Assembly (NCBI GenBank): GCA_002104945.1
Contig: MCFH01000082.1
Location: 1-64,000 of the forward strand
Origin: Piromyces finnis finn
Taxonomy: Eukaryota > Fungi > Neocallimastigomycota
Direction of reading: 5' to 3'
Length of the DNA stretch: 64,000 nt
The notes under the pieces were generated by a model. That model had not been told where the DNA came from. It ran no database searches and worked only from the letters and a program-made list of their open reading frames with translations. Positions 38,210 through 51,315 of the stretch are shown piece after piece; within the stretch, counting starts at the first letter, position 1; each line of letters starts with the position of its first letter. The position numbers and the translations under genes are program-made.

Positions 38210-39179
38210 TAATTTATAATTTAAACATATATTACTTTTAAGGTATAAAATCTTCTACTACTAATTTTTCTAAATACTCAATTTCATTCTATTGTTTTTT
38301 CTTTAAAACTCATATCCATATATTTACTATAACTACATTTGCTATCACCTATATTTTTTATCATATAATTAATCTTCTAATTGGATTATTATTTGTTGCA
38401 TTTTCATATAAAGTAGTTCTACTATTTAATTTATTTGATTCAATTGACATTTATGTGTTTTTTTGTTGATAATAGAAAATAAAATCTATATCTATTATTT
38501 TAATACTTTTTTAACAGTCAAATTCATATAGAATTTCAAATTTTGAAACTGAATAACTTCCGTCAATTACTTATATTTGTTGTAAAACTTTATATTTTAT
38601 GTTTGATTAAAAATATTCATTGTGTATATTAGTTTTTCTTGATTCTTCATCGCTTTTTCATATTTATATGAAGGGATATAAATCATTTTCATATAGCGTC
38701 AAATCAAGCAATTGGAAATTAATAGATATTGGTTAGGTAAAGAAAGTAATACATGATGTGAATCTAATTAATATTTGATCACCTGAAAAATTAAAACATA
38801 GTAATAGTTTTACAAATAATATTATCATAGGCATCAGGTATCTCTTTCATAGAACATAATTTCTACTTTTTGTAATTCTTATACTACCATGACAGCATTT
38901 AATAATTATGATAATTATCCGAATCTTCAACATTTTTATTTTTATTATATCTCCATATATTCGTTATTTATCACAAAAAAAATCTACATTAACGTATATT
39001 TTCATGTTAAAATTCTCAATTAATTTTTTATATTTTTAATATTTTACGTCATTCATTCAATTTTCTTTATAATATATAATATGAAACATGTAAATTTCCC
39101 TTTCAAGAAACCTTGTTATTTTTTCTTTTTTTGTTTTCTTTATTCAAATTATTTTCAAAATTTTCAATGTTGTTATTTT

Positions 39180-39635
39180 TTTCAGGTATTAATTTTAATA
39201 TATTTATAGGATAATTATCTAGTCATTATCATTCAACAATTTTGTGTCTTTAATATTATTTAATATATATAATTTCTTTTAATACGCAATTGGTATTAAT
39301 CTATATTTACATATATGTTTAAATTTATTAAAAATAAAGTCCTTTTCATTCTCGACAAATTCTATATAGTAATCTTTCAATAGAATCCTATTCTATGCCT
39401 AGTTTATTATTTTCTTTCAATAATCAAAATATATACAAGTACCATAAAATAATATACAAATATACAACTTATACTTATTATATAGAAATAATATTTAAAA
39501 TTTAAAAAAAGGTAGTTGAATAAGCAAAATTATATAACAAAAATAAAGACATTATTAAAATTTAATAATAAAATTATAAATATAAATATTTAAAAAGAAT
39601 AATTAGTTTATATTAAGAAACAAGTAATAACTTGC
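39180..39635 (+). repeat. Approx 455-bp duplicated segment; second copy 58318-58777 is the LINE insertion flank
   Basis: Near-identical by eye; this copy serves as the empty site. Confidence 0.9.
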
Positions 39636-40799
39636 GAAGTAGTTAACTAAATAATAATTTATTATTTTTATATAAAAAATATTTAACCTATGTTTAATCT
39701 ATTATTTTATTTTTATATTTATTTTTTTTAAAAATAAAAATGAAATTTAAGCGGATTTATTTCCACCATTAGTTTTATAAACTATGAATTAGAAAAAAAA
39801 AAAGCATTTTAATTTTTATTATAAAGATTAAACATATATACTAGAAATATTTTTTTATAGTTATGTTATTTTATTTAGATTCTTATTTTTTTTAATATTG
39901 TGGAAAGAAATCTAGATACATCACGTATAAATTAAATATAAAAAAACAAAAAATTAAAAAAAAAGGAGGTTTATATATCAATTTTTATAAAATCTATCCT
40001 CTCTCTAATTTTACTCTAAAAATATATTTACTTATTTTTATAATTTATATTTTATATTCTTCAAAAATGAAAATATAAAATATATTAATTTTTAATAGGT
40101 TTTTTATAGTCTAAAGAAATAAAAATGTGATTATAAAAAGCTTTACAATTGCTTTATCTGAATGCCTATAAAAAGAATAAATTAAACGGATTTATTTTCA
40201 TTTGTTAATGACACAAATTTTTTAATTATTATAATTGAAACTACAGAAGAAAAAGGTCTTAAAAAATTTATGATTGATTTATTTAAACTGGGTGGAAAAT
40301 ATTATTATGATAAATGTAAAAGTAATAACAAGAAGTGATGAAATAATAAACATTAAAATACAAATTAGTAAAGCTCACGATATTTTTAAATGATCACTTT
40401 CTTATTCATCTAATTCAAATCACTATCTCATAATATTAGATATAAAAATAAAAATCTTCCTAAAGTAGTTGTGATAAATATATTTAACTTTCATTTATTA
40501 AATAATATCAGAAGTATTTATCAATGCATGAGAATAATTAATACTACAATAAAATAATTTAAAAACCATGGTTATAAATAAAACAAATAAACAAATTATA
40601 ACTATTTAACTTTATTTTATCCCCTTTTTTTGTTCTTGATGTTTTTCCTGCTTCTTTTTCGATATTATTTACTCTGTTCTATGCTATTCTCGTTTTTATT
40701 CTTTTTCTTGTTCCTGCTTCTCTTGTTGTTGTTATGACTCTTGTTTTTTTATAGTAGTTCTTTTCTTCCTTTTTTATTACCTCCACAATTACTAGTTAC

Positions 40800-41460
40800 T
40801 GATGTGTCTTGTATTTCTCCATTATTTATTTTCAATTAACATCCCATGTTCTTTTATATAAGGCAATACCATATTTAATAAAATTATTATAATCGTTAGC
40901 TCTAGATTTTTCTTCAATTTGGTTTATAGCATCTTCACATTCCTTTAAAAGACAGATTTTGATAAAAAATTCTTATCTTCTTTTTCTTCCTCTTCATAAT
41001 TTATTTTTTCATGTATTTTTTTATTTTTTTTTAAAAATCTTAACTTTAATTAAAATATATTTTTTTTAAAAATCTTAACTTTAATTAAAATATATTTTTT
41101 TCTTTATTATTAAAATACTTTCCAATAGGAAATCCGAAATCATATCTGCCATATCCACTATTTTAACATATTCATATTACTTTTAATGATTCGATTTAAC
41201 ACACTATTTTTATATTTTTTAATTTGACTTAAATTTTCATTTTTTTCAGTTAATTTGGGTTTAAGATGTTCAATAGTGTATTTGTAATCTTTAGATTCTT
41301 CATCTTTAAAATTTAAATAAAGAACAGGATATTTATAAAATCCTCTCATGCTTTTTCTATTTTTAGAAACTTCTAAACTATCAAATAAATCATTTCTTAA
41401 ATTTTTTCTATTAATAGGCCTTTCAAAGAATTCTTGAATCATTTTTAAATTAAAACTTTT
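40800..41460 (-). pseudogene. Internally deleted AAA-ATPase-like / PD-(D/E)XK nuclease (DUF1703-type) gene relic
   Basis: KSFNLKMIQEFF..LFDSLEVSK..KYPVLYLNFKD (AAA-ATPase-like N-terminus) joined to SGYGRYDFGF..YILIKVK..KECEDAINQIEEK..IKYGIALYKR (nuclease C-terminus). Family recognised from motif memory, not by search. Confidence 0.75.
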
Positions 41461-41601
41461 ATTGAGGAAAAGGAATCGATACTCAGTCCTAATAAATCCC
41501 AAATGCTTTCATCAAAACTCAATGATCCTGATATTTCAACAGATGAACTTTCCAAAGAATTTACTTCAGCTGCTCTTTCAATTGAAGATGTATTAAATAT
41601 T
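41461..41601 (+). mobile_element. 141-bp internal LINE fragment
   Basis: IEEKESILSPNKSQMLSSKLNDPDISTDELSKEFTSAALSIEDVL vs LINE IEEKESILSHNKFQILSAKFNDPNVSTDELSKEFTSTAFSIADEL. Confidence 0.9.
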
Positions 41602-42630
41602 ATATATTTATATGTTTTTCTTGATAATAGAAAATAAAATTTATCGTTATTATTTTTCTCACTTTTATCTTCATATGATATAAATAAAGCTTTATTAAAA
41701 AAAAATGAAAACTAAAATAATTATCAATTTTTTTTTAATTAAATAGATTTCATAATATTTGTTTTTCATGGAAAAGCTGAATTTTTTAAATAATTTTATA
41801 TTTATATTAATTATTATCTATATATTCATAATTATAATGATTTAAAAATTTTATAATAATTATCTTTTATTTGTTAAAGTATGATTTTATTTTTGTTTTT
41901 AAATTAAAAGTGAAGGTCGTTATTATTTCTAACCAAACTTCTAATAAATATTAATAATAATTAAACCTTAATCATGTTTAATGATTTATAATATAATTTA
42001 TGTAATATCAAGTTAAAAAATAGGTGTTAAAATAAAATATAATGAATATGCCTTGTTTAAAATTGTAGGATATTTTAAATATATTTTACTTTTCATGAAA
42101 ATTCAATATTTTTACTATTTGTTATATAAATCTATTTCTTTTATAGATTATGCAAATAATTGATAAAATTTTTATAAAAAAAAGGTAAAACTTTAAAATA
42201 ATTTTATGGCTATTTTTTCCTATAAGAAAAGTATTCAAATGGAATGTAAAAAAAAAGTGAAAAAAATTTGAAAAAATTAAAATTTCAAAAAATAAAAGCA
42301 TGAATTCAATTCTTTATCAACATTTCAATTATTCTTTATAAAATGGCTTTATTAATATTTATTTTCTTGATAAAATAATATCAAAACGTTGAGTTATATC
42401 ATGTGTATATCATTAAAATAATAAGTTTTTATTAATTTATGATATTTATACATATTATATAATAATTAAATTAAAGTTTATTTTATTTAAAGCAAAAGAA
42501 AAAAAAACAAAGACATGTAATAAAACAAATAATAATATATTCTTTTTAACTATATTTTTATCAAATTAATAATTATGTATTGAAAATTATCTATACATTT
42601 TATTATTATTACTACTACTACTACTACTAC

Positions 42631-42670
<40 letters not shown>

Positions 42671-43241
42671 TGATAAAGTTAAAATGTTAAAATATTAATT
42701 ATTATTAAAAACATCTTTGAATGAAAATTATATATATATTTTATTTTCAATATAAAATTAAATTAAAAAACTTTTAGTTTCTTTATTTCTTTTAAAATAC
42801 TTTTTATTTGAATATTAATAATTCTTTTTATTATTGAACATTAATTTGCTTTTTTTAATAAGCTTTTTCAATTTTTATAATTTCTTTTTATTTAAACTTT
42901 TTTCAAGTAAAATTTTAAAAAATATTGAAATTTTTGAAAATTTTCAAAGTTTGAATTTTTCATTAAATTTTTTAATTAATTAATTAATTAATTATTCATC
43001 GTCCATTTAAAAAAATTTGATCTGAAAAAAAAATGCATTTGAACATTGACACAAAAAAACTTAAACTTTTTTTTAAAATTTTTACACTTTAAGAAATACT
43101 TTATTTTTTATAATTATTTTTTATTATATTTTATTTATATTTTATTTTTAAAAATAAATTATTACATGTTTTTTTATTAATATAAATAATACAAATATAT
43201 AAAACAAAAACTAAAACAAAATAAAAAATAAAAAATAATTA

Positions 43242-44896
43242 TTATTTATACATTAAAATCCATTGATCATGATCAATATATCTATTAAAATATTTATGAA
43301 ATTCATGGTTTTTTATTGTTGTAGATAATATGTAAGTATTTTTATCATCTCCTCCTGCTTTTTTTAATTCTTTTAAAATATATTTTACTTTTTGTTCTGA
43401 TGATCTTTTATCAATAACAAAGAGATTTTCAATGATTTTATAGTTGTCGTTCTTCAAGGCGAAAGTATACCATTCATCTTGAAAATTGTTATAATGAAGA
43501 AATTCCTTCACCAATAATAAAAATATTTTATTTTTCTTTTCTTTTATTAATAATTTTAATATATATTGAGGTATATTTAACTTTTCAATTTTTTTAAATT
43601 TGTTTTTTAATATTTCAATAATGTAATCGAAATTTTCATACGAAAAGTTTTTTTGATGAATTAAAAATTGTATCACATTGTTGAAGGAATTGTCCTTATC
43701 CAAAAATCTATAATTAATATCCGCACCTTTAGAAATAAGAAAGGTGCACACATCTCTTCTATTTATTAATAATGTATAAATGACTAAAGGTACTGATTCA
43801 GTAATTAATGTACTTGGAATCTCATAATTGAAGTTAGTGTATGAGAACAAGTTTATTATTTTTTTAAGTGAATCAATAGAAAATCCTGAAGTAATACAAT
43901 TTGTTAATACGTCATAATCTGAAGAGTTTATATCATTTATTAATATTTCATTTTCTTGATAAAAATAAAATATTCTTTCCATATTTCTGTCTTTATAAAT
44001 TGACTTAATTCCATTCTTTTCTTAATCAAAATTTTATTCAAATATCTGTTAAGATGATTAGTATCTAATATATTATTTAAGAAAATATTTTTATACTTAT
44101 AGTTAATTATGAATTCATATAATTTAAGGGAGAATCCAGGATATATTATATCATTATTATTATCCATTATGAATTCAATTTTTTCTCTAATTGAACTTGG
44201 AATATCATAACATGAAAAAAATTTTAATTGATCAAATGAACTACAATAAATACACCTATAGTACCATTGATATGGTACATCAAAATTTCTTTCATTAATA
44301 ATTATTTTATCAAATTGATCTTTCGATATGCTTTTTTTTGATTGGTATATTTTAAGTAATTTAATAACAAAGTTTTTATCGCACTTATATTTGATATATT
44401 TGGATGCTAAATTGAAGTTAAAACTATAATTGTAAATATAATCTTTAATCTCCATTATATTCCAATTTTTGTTTAAAAGATATGAAAGAGTTTTAGTAGT
44501 TAGTAAATTTTTTTCAATTAATAATTTGACTATATTAATATTGTGTTGAGTAAAATTAATATCGCCCCCTTTGCTGATAATGAAATCTGCAATTTTAAAA
44601 TGATTGTTAGCAATTGCAGAGTATAATGGGGACTTTATTTCACCATTTTTGAAAATGATGAACTTGTTAAGCGGATAATTCTTTTTTTCAATTAACAAAT
44701 CTAAATATGCAATTGGAACATTGTATTCAATTGCAGAAATGACCTCATCAAAATCTTTTTCCTCAATTAAATGGTTTGGTTGAATCATTTCATTTGATAC
44801 TTCTATATCCTCAAATAACTCTATATCTGAAGTGTAAGAATTATTTGACAAGATCATTGTTGAAGTTTCAGTACTATCAATTTCAAAAGATGACAT
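43242..44896 (-). CDS. Ankyrin-like repeat protein (approx 551 aa) with one 1-nt frameshift near 43985 (pseudogene or sequence error)
   Basis: SPLYSAIANNHFKIADFIISKGGDIN and LVIYTLLINRRDVCTFLISKGADINY. Adding one A at acagaaatatgg joins ORFs 43940-44896 and 43242-43982, consistent with the paralog alignment. Confidence 0.7.
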
Positions 44897-46479
44897 TTTT
44901 TTTATAATTTAAATGATTTTTATTGTGATTACGTGTTTTTTAAAAATGATAATTTATTTTGTTAAATTGTAAAAACAAGACAATAAATTTAAAAATAAAA
45001 ATAATAACAACATAACTATATTTACAATAAATAACATTTTAAACTTTTTTTAATAATTAATATTCATTGATTTAATATGATTCGTTAATTAAAATATCCT
45101 TAATAAATAAAGTTGTACTTTCTTTTTTCTTATTTCTTTACAGTTTTAATTTTATTTTTTTTTTAATATTATTATAAGTTATTTAATTAATATTATAATA
45201 TATAAATATTAGATATTAGATATTAGGTTTTTTTTTTAAGATATCACATTTTTAAATGGATCAACCATTTTTAATATTTAAATAAAAAAAAAAAACTATT
45301 TTTTCAATTCAAGGATCATATTAATTAAAATTTTTTTTTAATATTGAAAAAACTTTTATAAAATATGATAATAAATTTCAATAATTATTACCTATTATTT
45401 AAACTTATTATTTATTTTGATATTACATTTTTTTTATTATTATTAAATTATGAACTTTTTTTTATTATAATAATTAATAATATTAAGTTCATTAATGAAT
45501 TAAAATGTAGTAAAATTCTATTGTTGCCATTAATATTATCATCATTATTTTTATTAATAGAAATTAGTATTAAAATGCCTGCCTATAAAAGAAGATAGTA
45601 AAAAATGTAGTGAAATAAAACATTAAAATATGGGATAAAAATTTTTTCCTGTTAATAGATTTTCAGAATCTATCGAATTATATATAGAAATAGAGGAAAC
45701 CGTTATTTCTTTTATTATATTATTATTCTACCTAAAATTAAAATTAGTTTTTGTTGTATAAGTCATAAAAATTTTTTAAAATAGATAAACTGAGATTCAT
45801 TTTTATTTTTTTTTTTAAATATTAACTAAATTATAACATAAAAAAAAAATTGATTCACAAAAAATTATAAAATTAAAATATTATAATATCAATGTGTAAT
45901 AAACAATTAATAAATTATATTTATGTATTTATATTAATTAAATAGAATATTGATTTATACTCTTGTTAACAAAATTACTGATGATAAAGATACATTGAAT
46001 TTATATAGATCTTTATGATATAAAGCAAATTATATTTTGAATGAAATTAATATTTACCATATTATTATGGATAATAATAAACATATTTCAAGTAGGTTGG
46101 AATATTATCCCTTGAAATTTTTTGAAACTATAAATGAAAGGGGATACATTATAATAAATTTAAAATCTTTAGTTTTATAAATGAATTAAAAATATTTGAA
46201 TATAATTATTAAGTATATATTAGATAATGTTGAACTAATATCTGTTGATAATATATTTATATAATTTTTTTTTTTTTGAATATGTAGTTTTTATTTATCA
46301 ATAGCTATAATTTTATTAAATTACATTATATATGAAAAAAGAAAAAAGAAAAAAAAATAAAATAATAAAATATATTAAAATTAAAATGAATAAAAGAAAA
46401 CCAGATAGTAAAAAAAAAAGGATGAAAAGAGCTTCTAACTCTTCCCGTTCTTCGACACTGATTCATTACGAATTATTAT

Positions 46480-47990
46480 TATTTATTATTTGATTCTATA
46501 TTTGAATTTCTTTTTTGCCTTATCCTTTTCAACATCGACACTCCCAGCAACAGTTGGTCTTGTGGTATACCTAGGGTACTTATATCCACCACTCTTGCAA
46601 CATGAACAGTAATTAAGACAAACTGGATCAATAAATTTAGCATATTTTGAAACTCTAGCATCCAACCTGTATCCGCTTCTTGTTTCAATAGCCAATAGAA
46701 ACCATAGGCAAACTCTGGGTACTCATAACATAATTTAATAAAATTTTTAGTTTCAATAAATTTATTATCGTCATAATATTGTGCTTTGATTGAATTTCCC
46801 TTGGGATCTTTCCAATAAATGCTTTTAACTGTTTTAATATCTCCATGCTTCTTTAATTTTTTATTAAGTGCCCTACTTGATTTGTACCATGTATATTTTC
46901 TAAATTTATGAATGTAATTTGCAAAGTGTGAGATAATATAATTTGGGTTTTCCCACTTGTTAGCATAACACATGTAACCTGAGCTAATGCGCATTTGGCC
47001 GACAATGGAGGAATATTCAAATCTTTTGAAATAAAGTATAGAGATATAAACGATACAGCCTTATAAACTCCGGCAACCCATCATATTCCTTTGTTAACAT
47101 TCTTCTGAACAATCCTATACCTAGCTTTGTTGGATCCAAGTAATGGCGCAAAGTATGAAACTCTGCTGATTACTTGTGAGTTAAGTATTAGCTTTTTGAA
47201 AGAAATAGGAATATTAGGATTTCTTAAGAATTTACTGACTTAGAAAAGTCCTTTCAAAATCTTATTATTAAGAATTTTAATAACTGGTTTAAGGGAGAAA
47301 TTCTTATTAAATGAAACACCAAGATAAGTATAGCAATCAGTAGTTGAAATGAGTTTTCCTGCTAAATAAAATATTGGATCTTTCTTGTTCTGATTTTCTG
47401 ATGATTCAGAACGAATCACCATCGTTGAACATTTCTGGATAACAAATTCCATTTCATTATACAAAATCCATTCATTAACTCTTTTTAGCAACTTTTTTAA
47501 GCATCCTCTTGATGGAGCACAAATAACTATATCATCTGCAAAAAGTCCACCACAGCATCGAATACCTCCTAAAATAACTCCGAGATCTTTGCACTCTTTA
47601 AAAATATCATTAATAAAGAGATTAAACAGAATAGGTGAAAGTGGGCAACCTTGACGGACTCCTTTCTTTGCATCAAAAGATTTTGAGAATTGACCATCTA
47701 ATTTGAAATTAGCCTTAGATGTTAAATATAAATTTTTGATAAATTGTAAACTCTTACTTCTGATTCCTAAACATTCTAATTTATGGAGAATATTACCGAT
47801 TGGGACTGAATCGTATGCTTTCTTGAGATCTAAAAAGGCTAAATAAATATCTTTATTATCTAATTGACATCTACGACATATTTCTTGGATTGAAATGAAA
47901 AGACTGATACTTTCTTCCTTTTTACGAAATCCAAATTGTTTGAATCTAATGAAATTATTCTCAAGACCATATTCTGAAATTCTAGTGTTT
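46480..47990 (-). mobile_element. 5'-truncated, decayed LINE copy (RT C-half, partial zinc finger)
   Basis: ORFs 47240-48007 (FADD), 46479-46994 and 46486-46695; colinear with 59740-61680 without the SINE. Confidence 0.92.
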
Positions 47991-50939
47991 ATTTCTAAGT
48001 CAAACAAACTATATACAATTAAGTTATTGTTTCATTTTTATTCACACCAGCGGTTTTTAAATATTTCATTGTATATTAAAATATATTAAAATTGAGAATA
48101 GAATTGGATTTATTTTTATTTTTTTTTTTTCTTTTACTAATATTAATTTAAAATCTTGCTATAATACTTCCTATTGTATTTTTATAATAAAACTATTATC
48201 CTATTTAAAATATTTGCCAAATTCATAATCTCTTTCACATTCATAATTTTCAAATAATTCTTTCAATACGATTTTCAATATTTTTTTTTCCTTTTGAATT
48301 AATAAATAATTTAATAACTTTAAATCTTAAGAATTAAAATATCTCTATTTATGCAAATCATATATATTTAGACTGTATTACTATTGACTATTTTTTACTT
48401 TTATAATAATCATTGTTCATTTCTATTTATATATATATTATACTTTATAATATGAGTTATATTAATATCATCATTTCATTATAAAATTGAAAAAGATAAA
48501 ATGATATTTTATCCCATTTATATTTATATAAAAAGACTATTTTTATAATGTTCAAATTCTTTCTTAAAAAAAAAAAATGAAAATTTATTAATAATTTAAT
48601 TTTATAAAACATTTTGCCACCAATCATAGTTTAATATAGAAATATTTTTCAATAGGATGATTTTAGCTACTCTTTGATTGATGTATCATGGATCATGTAT
48701 GTAAGTAACATCTAATAACTTTCTTTTTTATTACTACTGTAATTACATTTTATATTTAATGTTTATATGTTTTAACTTTATGGTTTAATTTTAATTATCA
48801 TACTTTTACAATACTTTATTGTATTGATTTATTGTTATTTGAATTTTCAATAATTAATATATATTATTTGACAAATACATGATAAAAAGGAAGATTACAA
48901 AAAAAAAAAAAAAAAAGAGAGAGAGAGAGAGAATTGAGACAATTATTTCAGTATATTTATATAATAAATGTTTTGAAAATTACTGTTTTAAAAATTATTG
49001 AATTTTTAATGAAGAAATAATAATAATTTATTCAATAATATAATATTTATTTAATATACTACTTGGATATTCATACAGTGTTATAATAAATAATTTCACA
49101 ATATATATAAATGTTTTTTCTTTTTAAAGAAAAGAAAAACTAAAAGAATGTTATCAACCATTAAAATTACAAACTTTTTAATTTTAATAATTATATATAA
49201 TGGAAATGATACATAATACTAATCAATGTTTTTAATAGAGTTATTCATAAAATATTAATTATTGTTTATAAATGTATTCTTTTATTATAAAAATCGCAAT
49301 ATTTAATTAATAGTATATGAATATATATATATTGGAAGATATTTGGCGTTGTGTAATATATGTAATAATTAAAGCAGAGTTATTTCAATACCATAATTAT
49401 AAAATGATGTTTGTTATTTTTATAAATATACTTTTAAGATATTTTTAAATATTAAATTAAAAATATACGATTTCTGGCGATCAACATGAATATGTAATAG
49501 GTCCAAAAAAAGATAATTGTTTCAATTATAACAATAGCTTTGTTAAACAATATTTTCTATAATAATAATAATTTTATTTCAATTTTGAGTAATATTAAAT
49601 GAAGTAAATTTAGACAATTCGTTTCATAACATAAAAACTGTTTTGAAAAAATATATTTGTGATAATTTATTTATTTATAAGTAATAACAGCAATATCAAT
49701 CATAAAAAAATATTGAATTTACAATATCCTACCATCATTTTCATTTTATGAAAAATTATTATAAAAAATGTATCTGTTTTCATTATGGTATAAATAAAAT
49801 ATTATTGTTTATAGTACAAAGAATAATAAAAGTATATTATCCATGTAAATATTGAAATCAAATAAGTTAATCTTGTTTATTATTAAAGAGATATTAAGAT
49901 GATTCCATCAACTAATCTTATAATTTTTTAATATTAATATAATTGTAAATAATTATAGATGTATAATATTTTAAATTTAGTTTTAAAGTGTATATATTTG
50001 ATATTTAATAAATAATAAACATTGAATAAAAATAAATAAAATGATAATTTTATTTATTTTATATAAATAAGTAAAGTTATCTATTAAAATTATGTTAATT
50101 TTTGAGTTAATGGTACATATAAAAATATATTACCTACAGATAGTACTACAATTAAAGAAATACACATTGTGAATATTGTTATCCACAAAGTGATTTTCGT
50201 TACAATAATCATTTTCTTTTTCAAAATAATTATAATTTAATATTTCAACATAATAAATGGAATCTTACTTACAATATTTTAAATAATGATATTTCAATAG
50301 TAAATAAAAGAGAAGAAAAGGATAAAGATAATAATACAATTTATATGATTATGCTATTATAGTAAATATCATGAAAATGCTTTAAATTTTTATAAGGGTA
50401 ATAATGTACTTGATATAAATTTTATGAATGTGAATAATCTCAATCCATTTAATACAATAGAAACTATATAAATGATATATTAATTAATTAATTATATGAA
50501 TAACAATCCAAAATTATATCATCCATGGTTGGTTTTAGATTATTCAAGTAAGTGATTTGATACGTAAGATTCATCATAGTTCGAATTATAAATTAAATGA
50601 AAGAAGTAAATTAATTATTTAATATACACTGATTTTCATTATTATTATTTTTTTTTTTTTTTATTTATTATTATCAGGAAGTGATAATTTAGCTAGTCTT
50701 TAACGTAAAAGAATTGTATGATAAGCAAGGTGAATTAAAAGAAATAATAATTTTTCAGACAAAATGATCAACATTATTCTATTGTATCATCTTATGATGA
50801 TAAATGTTTAAATATTACCGATGATGATTTATATATAGATTTATCACTACTTTCTGAAAGTATGAAATGAATATCATTACATTTTTCTCCATTACAATAA
50901 TTAATTCAGATTGTTCATCTCTATTTGCACGGATAACCA

Positions 50940-51315
50940 AAAGTACCTAATTCACTATTTTTGAACACTTCAATTACTAATTTCATTAACACATTTAAGT
51001 ATCTTCGTTATAACAACATCTATAACCAAGATATGAAAATATAGATGAACAAGATAAATGTTCATCTTTATTATTATTTATTATCTTGGTGATTTTATTA
51101 GTGATAGGATCAATATTAAATATAACATCAATACATTTATAATTATTATATCGTGCTCAGAATGTATCGTTCTTAATAATAAATTGTTCATATTTATTAT
51201 TCTTCTTACAATAATAATAATTAATATTTTAATACATAATTGTTGTTATTGTTGTGTAAAATGTTGCAAATATTACAAAAAAAAAAAAATAATAATAATA
51301 AAGATGATAATTCAT
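50940..51315 (-). pseudogene. Decayed secreted-protein relic with a fungal dockerin/CBM10-like segment
   Basis: Hydrophobic start MNYHLYYYYFFFFVIFATF and HLSCSSIFSYLGYRCCYNED..KCVNEISN*SVQ, resembling the C..LGY.CC..W.V.N..C consensus; frameshifts and stops. Confidence 0.35.

Noticed and set aside
43940-43990. Intron or programmed frameshift joining the two ankyrin ORFs
   Set aside because: The paralog alignment is continuous and one missing A explains it; no splice signals or slippery-site stimulator.
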